A stretch of 64,000 nt of DNA from Octopus vulgaris (lineage: Eukaryota): the NCBI GenBank assembly GCA_951406725.2, contig OX597816.1, forward strand, positions 27,776,001 to 27,840,000, written 5' to 3'. Below the pieces are notes generated by a model. That model was not told the DNA's origin. It searched no databases and saw only the letters and a program-made list of their open reading frames with translations. The translations under genes and the position numbers were made by a program. Below are positions 12,781 to 26,479 of this stretch, piece after piece; within the stretch, counting starts at the first letter, position 1, and each line of letters opens with the position of its first letter.

Positions 12781-13386
12781 TACCGGGAAGAATTTGCACA
12801 CGCCCGACAACAGAAAAGAATACACAATGTTGCACATACCCCAGCAATACGGAGGTGCAGCAGGTAGTGCAGTAGAAATTTGCCTGAAACTATCAAATGT
12901 TGAACAACAACAACAACAACAGATTATGATGATGATGATGGTGGTGGTGGTGGTGTTGGTGATGGTGATGATGATTATCATCATCAACATCATCACAATA
13001 ACAATAATTCTTACTGTGAACGATATGGGAGCGTGACAGAAAATAGCACTTTTATAAATTCTGAAGGGGGAATGCAATAAATGCTATACAATATAAGAAA
13101 AGATGTATTAAAAATGTTTAAGATATTCCCACACACATACACACACGCACGCACACACAGACATACATGTGTGCAACACACACACATGTACATATATCTA
13201 CATGCATACACATATACATAAATATATAAGCGCACAAATATGCATATGCACATATATGCACACACGCATATGCATATATATATAACTATACGTGCACACA
13301 CACACATACACAAATACAATCACAAACACACACACATGCGTGCACACATTTGAACGGAATGAAGAAATACAATAAACCTCACAATT

Positions 13387-13547
13387 TGGCTGTGTGGTAA
13401 GTAGCTTGCTTACCAACCACATGGTTCCGGGTTCACTCCCACTGCCTGGCATCTTGGGCAAGTGTCTTCTGCTATAGCCCCGGGCCGACCAATGCCTTGT
13501 GAGTGGATTTGGTAGACGGAAGCTGAAAGAAGCCTGTCGTATATATG

Positions 13548-13580
<33 letters not shown>

Positions 13581-13797
13581 ATATGTCTGTGTGTCTGTGT
13601 TTGTCACCCTAGCATTGCTTGACAACGGATGCTGGTGTGTTTACGTCCCCGTCACTTAGCGATTCGGCAAAAGAGAGCGATAGAATAAGTACTGGTCTTA
13701 CAAAGAATAAGTCCCGGGGTCGACTAAAGGCGGTGCTCCAGCATGGCCACAGTCAAATGACTGAAAAAAGTAAAAGAGTAAAATAGTAAAGAGTAAA
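13387..13797 (+). mobile_element. SINE family A (tRNA head, CORE-like segment, internal (TA)n(TG)n)
   Basis: TGGCTGTGTGGTAAG...GGTTCACTCCC...CTTGGGCAAGTG...(TA)n(TG)n...GACTGAAA..AGTAAAAGAG tail. Confidence 0.92.
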
Positions 13798-13920
13798 TAA
13801 AAGAAGAATTAAAATATAAATGTTTTTTAACTAGGTTGAGTTAGCATACACTATGCCGCTGTTCAGAAATGTTTCTCAAATTGTGCTTATTTGTGGACAC
13901 ATTAAGTATGTGTGCACATA

Positions 13921-14165
13921 CTCTTTTACTGGTTTCAGTCATTTGACTGTGGCCATGCTGGAGCATCGCCTTTAGTCGAGCAAATCAACCCCAAGACTTA
14001 TTCTTTGTAAGCCTAGTACGTATTCTATCGGTCTCTTTTGCTGAACCGCTAGGTTACGGAGACGTAAACACATCAGCATCGGTTGTCAAGCGATGGTGGG
14101 GGAACGAACACAGACACACAAACATAGACACACACACACACACACACACAGACACAGACACACAC

Positions 14166-14196
<31 letters not shown>

Positions 14197-14207
14197 TATA
14201 TATATAT

Positions 14208-14281
<74 letters not shown>

Positions 14282-14444
14282 GACGGGCTTCTTTCAGATT
14301 CTGTCTACCAAATCCACTCACAAGGCTTTGGTTGCCCCGAGGCTATAGTAGAAGATTGTTGCCCAACCTGCCACGCAGTGGGACTGAACCCGGAACCATG
14401 TTGTTGGTAAGCTAGCTACGTACCACACGGCCACTCCTACGCCT
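13921..14444 (-). mobile_element. SINE family A, full length
   Basis: Reverse complement of the family A sequence. Confidence 0.92.
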
Positions 14445-14807
14445 GCGTAAGTTTCGAATGCCTTATTTTCCCACTAGTAGCTGTAGTATGTAAATATAAA
14501 TAATTGCCATAATACCAGTAGAGATATTTTCATTGCTTTATAATTTCTGGAATATGTTGGATTACGATTCTTGGGGATGTTGATTGTTATTAAAATAGTA
14601 GGGATATGTTGATTGCTATTATAATAACTGGGAGATGTTAATTGTTATTATTGCATGAGCGCTCGGTTCAAAGTCTCTCTTGACCAGAAATGGCCTGAAC
14701 TCTTTGTATGAACACTCTCCCTGTACATAACTCCATGTCCCCCTACATGGCCTAGTATTTGCTTTTTGAGCCCCTCAAAAATAAATAAAATAAAATAAAA
14801 TAAAATA

Positions 14808-14930
14808 AAATTAAATTAGAGATGACAATGCGATCTCTTGTCATTTATTAAATAACCAGGAATAGGTTCGGTCCTTATTCAAAATTGCTGAAAATGACAA
14901 GGGATCGCATTGTCATCTCTAATTTAATTT
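14808..14930. repeat. 39-bp-arm inverted repeat
   Basis: AAATTAAATTAGAGATGACAATGCGATCTCTTGTCATTT (14808-14846) versus its reverse complement at 14892-14930, 1 mismatch. Confidence 0.85.
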
Positions 14931-15257
14931 AATTTAATCTCATCCTGTGGCCAAACTACACACCAAACTAATGACATATTACTGGATGAGATCATTTATA
15001 GGCCATGTTGTATAGGTAATTAATTCATATAAGCATACACCCGGGAACAGAGGGAGCAGGAGGTGCAGGGCTTGCAAGAGTTTTACCGAGTACCAGGACA
15101 GCTTGTATTTCCTATTTTCATGGTAAATACATTTTCTAGTGTAGATAGTGGATTAGCGGAATTGTTGGAACATCCGATGAAATATCTTGCTGTAGTTCTA
15201 GCACTTTGAGTTTTCAGTTCTTGCATGGTAAACTTAATCTGTTTACACCCATCCATT

Positions 15258-15440
15258 ACCACCATACCACGACGATGACGATGACCACGACGGCCACGAT
15301 GACCACGACGACGACGACGACGACCACCACCACCACCACCACCACAACCACGACGACGACGACGACGACGACGACGACCACCACCACCACCACCACCACC
15401 ACCATCAACACCACCATCACTACCACCACCATCACCACCT
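15258..15440. repeat. (ACC/ACG)n trinucleotide repeat
   Basis: Direct reading. Confidence 0.9.
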
Positions 15441-15442
15441 CG

Positions 15443-16088
15443 ATTGCATCCAGAACGATGAAAACTTTTTGAAAACGGTCATAACGGGTGAGGAATCGTG
15501 GGTCAATGGCTATGACCCCGAAACAAAGGCTCTCCGAGACCGAAGAAAGCAGGAATGAGTTAAAGCAACTTGAAAACGCTGTTGACCATTTTCTTTGACT
15601 ACAAGGGGGTTGTTCATCATGAATATGCTTCACCTGGTCCGACAGTGAATAAGGAGTACTACCGTGACGTTTTAGGGGATGATATTCGTCGGGAAAGGCC
15701 ACAATTGTATGCATCCAGTGAGTGGCAATGGCACCATGACAACATACCTTCACATCTGCCCATTCAGCAGCAGATTTTGGCTAGGCACAGCATTTTCCAG
15801 GTCCAGTGGCCACCATATGCCCCAGATCTCGTCCCTTGCGACTTTCTCCTTTTGCCTTTTACCAAAATTCAAATCCCACTTGAAAGGAAGATTTCAGAAC
15901 GTCGAGGAAATAAAAGTGAATGCAAGAAGGCAGCTGCTGATTATCCCAGAAAATGAGTTCCAGGAATGCTTCCATAAATGGAAACATCGCTGGATTAAGT
16001 GTATGGCTTCTGAAGATTAAATGCCAAATTGGTACGTGTTGTTCCTTTGTTTTTATAGCACCAGTCGAGATACTTATTGACCAGACCT
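15443..16088 (+). pseudogene. Mariner transposase 3' half with right TIR
   Basis: VITGEESWVNGYDPETK...IFFDYKGVVHHEY...WHHDN...PYAPDLVPCDF...KWKHRWIKC; TIR-like GATACTTATTGACCAGACCT. Confidence 0.9.
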
Positions 16089-16089
16089 A

Positions 16090-16244
16090 GGCGCAGGAGT
16101 GGCTGTGTGGTAAGTAGCTTGCTAACCAACCACATGGTTCCGGGTTCAGTCCCACTGCGTGGCATCTTGGGCAAGTGTCTTCTGCTATAGCCCCGGGCCT
16201 TGTGAATGGATTTGGTAGACGGAAACTGAAAGAAGCCTGTCGCA

Positions 16245-16296
<52 letters not shown>

Positions 16297-16585
16297 GTAA
16301 TAAATAAAATATATGCATACATGCAAACATATATGTACGTACCGACATCTACATGTATATATACATGCATATGTAATTGTATGTGTTTGTGTCTGTTTGT
16401 CTCCCTAGCATTGCTTGACAACCGATGCTGGTGTGTTTACGTCCCCGTCACTTAGCGGTTCGGCAAAAGAGACCGATAGAATAAGTACTGGGCTTCCAAA
16501 GAATGTCCCGGGGTCGATTTGCTCGACTAAAGGCGGTGCTCCAGTATGGCCGCAGTGAAATGACTGAAACAAGTAAAAGAGAGAG
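16090..16585 (+). mobile_element. SINE family A, full length
   Basis: GGCGCAGGAGTGGCTGTGTGG head through the tail. Confidence 0.92.
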
Positions 16586-16994
16586 TATCTACTCCCAATT
16601 CATGATGGCGATGCTGACAGTGAAGACGACGATGGCGGCAGCGGCAGCGACGACGACGACGATGATGATGGTGATAACGATCACATTCACCTGCTTGAAA
16701 ATAATTATATAGGAAAATATATGTAGAAGCTGAATATGTGTAGAATTGGTGTTCACAATTAAACATGAAATGCTTAAACTAAGCAAAACGAACGAAATTT
16801 GATGAGAAAACAGAAATGATTGTCGCCAACTCAGAGTTCATGAATATTTGTGGTAGTAAGAGTTTAATGCAATCAGAATACTGAGAACACGAAAAACTTC
16901 AGAAGCGATGTTTTCTTAAACGGTTGAACCATAATAAAATAGCGAGAAACTAAGCTTGAGACCGTGTAAAGAAAAAACACAACGAACAGACATA

Positions 16995-17198
16995 TTTATT
17001 TCTTTACTACCCACAAGGGGCTAAAAACAGAGGGGACAAACAAGGCCAGACGAAGGGATTAAGTCGATTACATCGACCCCAGTGCGTAACTGGTACTTAA
17101 TTCATCGACCCCGAAAGGATGAAAGGCAGAGTCGACCTCGGCGGAATTTGAACTCGGAACGTATCGACAGACGAAAAACGGTTCTGCCAGCTCGCCGC
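16995..17198 (-). mobile_element. SINE family B with internal deletion
   Basis: Matches 731-961. Confidence 0.88.
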
Positions 17199-17649
17199 AC
17201 AGACATATTACATACAACAGATATGGTGAGGTGTTTAAGAGGCTCGCTCAGGAGTGATTCCAGTTTTAATTTACACGGTCTGACATATCAGGAAAATACG
17301 TCCTACCCAGACCTCGGCTGGGCTAATACCTTCAGTGATCTTTGATAAACGGAAATTGTGCCGAAGTTTACTGGATATCATATGCATACTATAAATTCGA
17401 TTTAATACGAATTATGAAAAAAAATTTTTTTTTAATTTATTATGAGACCAAATGTGCGACTTTGTGAATTTTATGCATTTACTTATTTTTATTTTCTCTG
17501 AAAATTTAAATCTCTTCATCTCGCGTGATTTTGACGCCAGTCAAGAACAAAAGCCGGTTTGCTTTTAGCAGTCGTCGTGTGATAACGTGCTACAGTTATT
17601 TATGAATTTTCAAATACAACTGGCATTGTTGTTTTATATAAATCGCCTT

Positions 17650-19080
17650 TAGTAAATATGGTAAATGGCAAAAATACATTGTATCAAAAATACTTCAAAC
17701 AAAACAGGGAAGAGGCTTATTAAGAGCAAAAATTTGATGTAATAAAACACCTTACGCGTAGGGATGGGAATTCAAAGATTGGTAAATATTTTGCATGCAT
17801 GGCTCGACTGGCATGTGGTTGAAATATAAAAAAAAAAAGAAATCGCTACTAACTTTTTCTGGTTTGGAAATAATCACAAGAACGAGAAGCATTGCAATGA
17901 TAGAAATCAAACCATTTTCTATAGTTTGAGGACTGTGAGAAATAAGGTATTTCTCTTTACAAAGCTTCAAGTTATGCAAAAATATTTAGTATATTTACAG
18001 TTGTGACAAATGATGATAATCGAGCAGATAATGAAGAGACATTTAATGCAAGTGATAACTGGTTTGAGCGATTTAAGAATTCAGCTACATCATTTTGTGG
18101 AGCGCCAGTCATTAATAGAAAAAGTATAGCAAAATATTCTGAGTTTCTGAAGAAAGTAATTGCAGTAAAGAGAAAGAAACAAATATTTTACGCAAATGAG
18201 ACCGGATTAATTTAGAAAAGGATGTCTTTTAAAAGTTATAGTTCTAAAATGAATAATTTCAACCAGTATTTAAAGTTTGAAAGGAGCGATTAATTTTTTT
18301 TTTCATTTGCGGTAAGCACAGATGTCAAGTTAACATTAATGGTGGTGTATCATTCAGCAAATGAACGCTCCGTAACGGGACATAACTGTCGATCATTTCC
18401 GGTATCTCATCGTACCAACAAAAAGCATAGGTGACCAAATATCTATCTAAAGAATTGCATTCTTTATATTTTTGTGCTAATGTTACAAAATATTGTAAAC
18501 AAATTAATATTGTATTTAGCGCAATATTAGGAATTTTAAAATTATGAATTTTAGATAACGTTATGATTTGTGTGGAAATGTGAAAGTTATATAAATGCTA
18601 TATACAATAACCTCATTACAACTAATGGATTAAAAATAATCACGACATCTAAACCTTACTCCCTACGTAAAACGTCTATTCAAGTAAGAGATCAGACAAC
18701 AGGTTAAAATTCAAGTAACATGCATGAGGGCTGAACATTTCTGTTGCGAAAATGGGTAATTTGAAGGATATCCTTATGAGGGCATATTTCTGTGGAGCAC
18801 AAACTGCACGTTTGAGAAATAACTTGGTGTTGAGGAAGTTGACTATAAATGGGAGTCGAGTTTCGTTTATGATTCTTCTTAATGAAACTCGTGTCCTGAA
18901 AGGAATAATTATCTAACATTAATTCTTCTTAAGATGAAAAAAATAATTCAAAGTAAAATAACAAACTGATCAAATGAAATAATTCTTTTAAAAAAATTTT
19001 CAAACTTCATTTCTGTATTTAAATGAGCAGAAACATTGAACAGAATGATCTTGATTGACGATCACAGCATCGAAAGAAAT
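17650..19080 (+). pseudogene. Highly decayed Tigger/pogo transposase
   Basis: FNASDNWFERFKN (F.AS.GWF..FK motif) and QIFYANETGLI*KRM (QIFN.DETGLFWK.M); many stops. Confidence 0.75.
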
Positions 19081-19519
19081 ATCCAACTCCATTGAAATCT
19101 CAACAAAATTTGCCTAACTTACTAGACTATATTGATGATTTAAAGAGTAGTGAATGCATCCCGTTTAGTTGTTTAAAACCCCTAATGCACACAATTTTGT
19201 TAATGTAGTATTATTTTACTATAATAACATTTAGACTTTCCTAAAGGTTTCCCATTCTTCTGTAGAATTGTATCTTTATGTAAACTTTAAATTTTCGCTA
19301 TTAAGGCGTAAAAACTGCATTGTTTATGCTGTAAAAATCGCGAAAAGAATGGTAGCTTTGAAATAATGATCTTGATCGGTACAAATGAAAACGACGAAAC
19401 GAAACTTTATTTTGGTGCACATACGTGCTTTATCCTGTAGATGGGTTTCAGCCGTTGGTTTTTGAAATCATGAATTGTAAGGAATTTTTCATTTAAAAAT
19501 AGGAAACAATATCTAATTA

Positions 19520-19917
19520 GAAAATTACTATTTTTAAATCTCACACGCGAGATATTCAGCAATAGTACTTTGGAGTAAAGATTGTTTGCTAACATAACAT
19601 AGCAGTCCTGGTTTAGGACGAATGTTGCTGTAATTTAGCCCCATGAAACATCGTCTGCAGCAGGCTATACGAGAATCTAGCACCCCCACTCGGCTCAAAA
19701 CAATTATTCTGTGTTGATGAAGGGAAATAAGCCGGAAATCGCGATACACAGATATTGTTTTGAGTTGAGTGGAGGGTACTAGATTCTCTTACTCGAGAAT
19801 ATAAGGACACAGATCGTGTCGTATAGTCAGCTGGAGAGATGTCTCCTGGGGCTAAATTACAGCAACATTCGTCCTAAACCAGGACTGTCATGTTATGTTG
19901 GCAAACAATCTTGACTC
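19520..19917 (+). mobile_element. Direct-repeat-flanked rod-like fold-back element with apical hammerhead (retrozyme/PLE-derived)
   Basis: CAATATCTAATTA at 19507-19519 and 19918-19930; imperfect arms about 19570-19713 and 19747-19920. Confidence 0.75.
19708..19752 (+). ncRNA. Type I hammerhead ribozyme (C3->U variant)
   Basis: TCTGTG-TTGATGA-AGG-gaaataag-CCG-GAAAT-CGCG-ATA-CACAGA; stem III palindrome ATCGCGAT. Confidence 0.7.
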
Positions 19918-20050
19918 CAATATCTAATTATTTCTTTGATTTTTACAATTTGGATTGAACCGCAGGAAAAGGTACATACATACATGCATGCATGCATACA
20001 TACATACATACATACATACATACATACATACATACATACATGCATACATA

Positions 20051-21339
20051 CGAGGGACGTTCAATAAGTAATGTCTCTGACCCACTTGCAGTTGTTCGAT
20101 CTAGCTGAAATTTTGCATGTGCAATCATTTATCTCTCTATAGAGTAAGTGGCAAATTACGGCTCTGAATTAATTGTGGTTTCTGATTTACAGGTGTTTGA
20201 ACCGAGTCAAGTGTGAAATGGAGCCTGTTGAGTGTCGAGCAGTAATCCGGTTTTTGTATTTGAAAGGACGCACACCACGGGAGACTTTTGATGAAATGAA
20301 AGTAACTTATGGTGATGATGCCCCATCATATGACCTTGTAAAACGCTGGCATCGTGAATTCAAACATGGTCGGAACTCTGTGGAAACAGCTCCCAGATCT
20401 GGTCGCCCCTTCTGCCATTGATGAGGCATCTGTCCGTCAAGTTGAGGCTGCCATTTTGGAAGATCGACGCATAATTATTCGCCAAATAGCCCATGAGGTC
20501 AAGATTAGTACCGGGTCTGTGGAAACTATCATTCATGACCATTTGCATATGCAAAAGGTGTCTGCCAGATGGATTCCCAGGTTGCTCACGCCTTTCCAGA
20601 AGCAAGAACGCGTCGAGTGCTCGAGGGTGAATTTGGAGATGTGCCAAGAAAATGAGTCAAAATATTTCAAAAGACTGATTACACAGGATGAAACCTGGGT
20701 CCATCACGATGATCCAGAGACCAAATCCCAGTCAATGCAGTGGAAGCACCGTGACTCACCCCCTCCAAAGAAGGCAAGGGTGCAGCCCTCCGCTGGCAAG
20801 GTCATGCTCACAGTCTTCTGGGACCAGGACGGAGTAGTGATGACAGATTTCCTGGCAAAGGGTACCACAATTGCAGGAGCCTATTATGCTTCACTTTTGA
20901 GGAAATTAAGAGAAGTTATCAAAATCAAGAGGCGGGGCAAGATCAGCAAAGGCATCCTCCTCCTGCAGGACAACGCTCCGGTCCACAACTCGCTTGTCGC
21001 CAGATCAGCAGCACAGGCGTATGGCTATGAACTCCTCCCCCTCCCACTACTCTCCTGACCTTGCACCCTCTGATTTTCACCTCTTCCCAGTCATGAAGTT
21101 GTTTTTGAAAGGAAAGCGTTTCCCAGATGATGCAGCCTTGATTTCTGAAGTCACGTCGTGGTTGGAGGACCAAGCTGGGTTCTTCTACAAAAACGGTCTC
21201 CAGAGCTGCATCAAACAAAGGGAGAAATGCGTAACTCTGGGTGGTTCCTATGTAGAAAAAGACTAATAACTGTGCCAAGTTTCGTTGCTCTACTGCTATG
21301 GGAAGTGGGTCATGGGCATTACTTATTGAACGCCCCTCG
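20051..21339 (+). mobile_element. Full-length mariner element (1289 bp), TA TSD
   Basis: TIRs CGAGGGACGTTCAATAAGTAATG and CATTACTTATTGAACGCCCCTCG; TA at 20049-50 and 21340-41. Confidence 0.97.
20218..21266 (+). pseudogene. Mariner DD34D transposase with two frameshifts
   Basis: MEPVECRAVIRFLYL..., WIPRLL, DETWVH, QDNAPVH, YSPDLAPSDFHLF. Frameshifts near 20410 and 21047; no internal stops seen. Confidence 0.95.
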
Positions 21340-22427
21340 TATATACATACGTGCGTGCATGGATACATAGAAACACACAGATATGTATGTTTATAAGTAA
21401 GTTTGTATGTATGTATGTATGTATGTATGTATGTATGTATGTATGTATGTATGTATGTATGTATGTATGTATATATGTATACATACGCACGCGCACAAAG
21501 TACGCTCAATTTCGTCAATCTCTTTGCCTTTTTCCTATTATTTCAGATATTATTCGAAGGTATCAATAATAAATTTTCGGATAAAAATCCTTTTATTATC
21601 TTTTGGTATTAAATTAAATTAAAAAGAGGTTGAAAAGTTAGCATTTCATCGTTTCTTAGGCCCTTTGAGAGTGCAAATGTTTTTTTAGATGAAAAGTAAA
21701 AGTTTCAATTTCTTATGTTGTTCAAATTCTTCATTATTTATTATAAATGACAAAAGAAAATGATAACGTTAAGCCTGCTATTTCGAAAGACTTAACGACA
21801 GATAAAACTTAACTAAACGAAAGCTGCTTTGTGCGACATAAGCACCGATGTTTCAAATACAGTACCAGAAAAAGTTTATCTCCTATTTGTATGTTTTATT
21901 CGCTTTCCGCCAAAATACATTGATTTTTGCGCAAGTGAATGAGGCGGGGAGAGATTTCCTTTTACCTTTACTTCTCTCTTCAACGGTGTACTTCCTCCGT
22001 CGTTCATATCCCCTTCGCAGACGCAAATCAAAAGCTAGTACTAATTAGCTCAAGACAGTGGCTCTGCTCATTACTTTTCTGCGATCCGTAGAAGTGTTCC
22101 GGAAGCAACAGATTCTGTGATCTGTTGCTGTCCTTGTTGTTGTTGTTGTTGTTGTTGTTAAGCAAGAAGACGGGTAAGGGTGATTAGGTGATGGTCTAGG
22201 GCTTAGAGGCAGGAGACCCCCAGACCTTGGAGAAAAAAAACTTTGGTCGTCTTGTTGTAGTCGAGGGCTCTTTGTTGACGCCCGACACCACTGGGAGGTG
22301 GCCCTCGAAATCGCTGGAAATAGAGATCTTCAGGTCCAAATTCTTGGACGGCTGTTTCTGTTGTTTTCCGTTTCTCCTCTTTGAAGAGGAGAAACGGGCA
22401 ACTTAGCAGGAAGTTATCATAGTGCCA

Positions 22428-22600
22428 CACATTTAATATTTGGCTTTTTTGTCCCTCCTCTACACATTTTATAGTTGGACTTTCTGCTTCTTCTTCCACA
22501 GGTTTTATAGCTGGGTCTTCTAGCCCCTCTTCCACACGCTTAACAGTTGGGATTTGTTACATATGTACAATAGCTGGCTTTTTCTGCTCCCTGTTCAACA
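22428..22600 (-). repeat. Degenerate 36-bp minisatellite (about 4 units)
   Basis: Units translate VEEGLEDPAIKP / VEEEAESPTIKC / VEEGQKSQILNV. Confidence 0.65.
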
Positions 22601-23373
22601 GTCCAATCATCTGGACGGAATTATATTTTCAAAAGCGGTATACACTTCATTACGGTCTGTTCCTTATCAATGGACATATCATGTCATACGTAGCATAGAA
22701 AAGCTTCGTAAATTGTTGTTGTGATGAAATACCCAGTCTAGGTTTTGCAGTGCTGAGTTATGTAAACATTCACTTTGATCATTCCTAAATACATTCCCGA
22801 AGTAAAGATGCAACTTCTTTGTTGACATACCATGGCTATGGTTGTCTTTATGGATAGATTCAAACCACGTTTAAAACTCCTTAAAACTAACAAATAACTT
22901 GTCGTCAGTACTTTGTTAATGCTGTATAAATTTGCGTTGCCCTTTTGTTAGTATCTTTATTTAATCGTCTTCATTTGTGTTTTAAGTGTCAAATTGTGAT
23001 CGTATTTGTCAGAAGACTTGTTCTACAGTATTTTTGGTTTATTAAAAAAAAAAATTCTTTTACAGTTTTTGAACGTTTTGATTGTATTCGTCCAGGTGGT
23101 GTGTAAGGGGGAGGGGGATTCGTATCGGCGTTGTTCCTTTCTTAGCATCTCTTTCTTATACCCTGGTAAGAAAAACGATATTCAGTTTATATAGAAGAAT
23201 TAGAAAAACATTAGATAAGAGAAAAAATAGAGAGCTTTTGCCACATTTCTATGTCCTCTATTTGGAAACTAAAAAACAAAAAACAAAAAATACCAGAAAG
23301 GGATTCATCTAGTCAATTCGGTAATAATCCAATTTTTCGGTGCGACTTAACAACTCCGATAATGCAAAACACA

Positions 23374-23705
<332 letters not shown>

Positions 23706-24063
23706 TAATAAAAATAATCCTAAAATATTGGGGGAGAGCGCTAGTCAATTACGTTTACCCCAGTACATGTTACCTAGTACATGTCGAAAAGCTAAGTTAA
23801 ACTCTGCGGAATTTGACGTCAGGATGTAATGAGCCGGAAGAAGTGCCACTAATCATTTTGTCCGACATGAAAAAGATTATGCCATATCACAACCTTTTCC
23901 GTCAGCCTGCAGGTTTTATGATTTAGGCACAAGGTCAGTGGTTCTGAGGAGGGAGGGGGTTATCGATTGCTCGAATGGTAATTTATTTTATTGACTTTGG
24001 AAGGACAAAAATGCGGCCTTCAATAAATTTCATGATGATATTGATGACGACGACGACGACGAC

Positions 24064-24121
<58 letters not shown>

Positions 24122-24175
24122 GTGGTGGTGATGACGATGATGATTATGATGATGATGATGGTGGTGGTGATGACG

Positions 24176-24234
<59 letters not shown>

Positions 24235-24464
24235 ATTGATGATGATGATGATGATGATGACGATGATGATGATGATGATACATATGAAAATCATATGACG
24301 TATAACCTGTATAGCAAATAGAAGAAATGCTAAAATAGCATAAACATTGAAAGAAACCACTTGATTGAACTTAGAGGGTCACAATGCTGCACACAGCTGG
24401 GACACGGCTGTATGCGGTAGACGTTGACATGTAACTGATGTAACCATGAAAAGCTATAGTAAAA

Positions 24465-24614
24465 AGGTGTGGCAAGTAGCTTGCTAACCAAACACATGGT
24501 TCTGGGTTCAGTCCCACTGTGTTGCATCTTGGGCAAGTGTCTTCTGCTATAGCCCCGGGCCGACCAATGCCTTGTGAGTGGATTTGGTAGACGGAAACTG
24601 AGAGAAGCCTGTCG

Positions 24615-24677
<63 letters not shown>

Positions 24678-24892
24678 ATGTGTGTGTGTTTGTCCCCCTA
24701 GCATTGCTTGACAACCGATGCTGGTGTGTTTACGTCCCCGTCACTTAGCGGTTCGGCAAAAGAGACTGATAGAATAAGTATTGGGCTTACAAAGAATAAG
24801 TCCCGGGGGTCGATTTGCTCGACTAAAGGCGGTGCTCCAGCATGGCCACAGTCAAATGACTGAAACAAGTAAAAGAGTGAAGAGTAAGAGAG
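24465..24892 (+). mobile_element. SINE family A
   Basis: Matches 16090-16585. Confidence 0.92.
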
Positions 24893-25143
24893 TATATTCA
24901 CTCATTCACTCTCCCTCTTTCTCTCACACAGAGAGACAGACAGACACACACACACGCACACAACACACACATACACTAGTAGCTGAATGCTTGCATAAAT
25001 GTCATATGTGTATAAGAGAATGAAGAGATAAAAATATTAAGCAATTGACAAATCATTTCTGCTGAATTCATGTGTAGTAATTTTACGTTATAACTAAACG
25101 CACGTGGTTAAACATAACGACTGAATTTTCTGTTACACATAAG

Positions 25144-25440
25144 TTCCTTCTCGAGCCATACCTGGCTCATAAGGGCCGGTTTCCCGGTTTCCATGTCGTA
25201 TAGGTTCCCACCTGGACGGGACGCCGGTCCATCGCAGGTGAGCTGCAAGATGCAGGAGGAAAGTGTGAGAGAAAATTGTGGCGAAAGAGTCAGCAGAAGT
25301 TTCGCCGTTACCTTCTGCCGGAGCCGTGTGGAGCTTAGGTGTTTCGCTCATAAACACACACATCGCCCGGTCTGAGATTCGAACCCGCGGTCGAAGGATC
25401 GCGAGTCCGCTGCTCTAACCACAAGGCCATGTGCCTCCAC
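25144..25440 (-). mobile_element. SINE family C, full length
   Basis: 13-bp TSD TGTTACACATAAG at 25131-25143 and 25441-25453. Confidence 0.93.
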
Positions 25441-25890
25441 TGTTACACATAAGGACAGAGATTAGTTGATGAAGTGTTGTAACTGTTGTTGCTTAACCAT
25501 AGGTCATACTTAACCTAGTACACCCAAGATTCTCGTTTCAGTCAGGACCATGCTGTTTTTCTTTTTATCGAGTAAAGGGTATCAAGGACTACACTCTCAA
25601 ATGTTCTTTTCATTGTTAATAAGGGGAATGTGAATAAAAATGAGATTTAGCTGCTGTATTTAGCTGATCAGAGTGGGATGTGAGAGACGATGAACGAGAA
25701 GGACTTAGGTGGGGAGTTATGCATCTCCCATAAGCATTGCATGCATATGACATCTGAAGTAGTTTCAAAATGGAATCGATCTACCGGAAGTTCCTTTAAA
25801 TGTAAACATTGGAGTAAATGTCACATGTCTGACTATAAGTATTTATGTATATCTGAATGTATGCATCGCTCTCTCTCTCTCTCTCTCTCG

Positions 25891-25965
<75 letters not shown>

Positions 25966-26054
25966 GATTGATCTATCTATCTAGCTAGCTAGCTATCCAT
26001 CTATCTATACATACATACACACATATACATAACTATTTATTTATATGTATGCAG

Positions 26055-26091
<37 letters not shown>

Positions 26092-26479
26092 TCGCACACA
26101 CACAGCCTTATGTATAATAACTACATCTACATACACATAGAAGTAGCTTGTTCATTTCAGATGACCAATGTATTACAGTAGGAAGTTATAAGAAAAACAT
26201 ATTTTATAACAGCACAGGCATGCGCACGAAAACGTGTATTAGAGAGCGAGGTATTGATTAGGTCCTAAGAGCATGAGACAAAATTTTTTTGTCTCTGTGT
26301 TGTGATTTACCTGTGGTAAACATGTGATAACCTATTTATCTGTTGATATACAAATATCGAAGATACGTAAATAAAAAACACACACACAAACACGAACAAA
26401 AAACAAATATCGTTTCTGAATTAAAGGCTCATAAACATGATTTCCAGAATTCTGTGGTGCATGCTCACCCCTACCCTGA

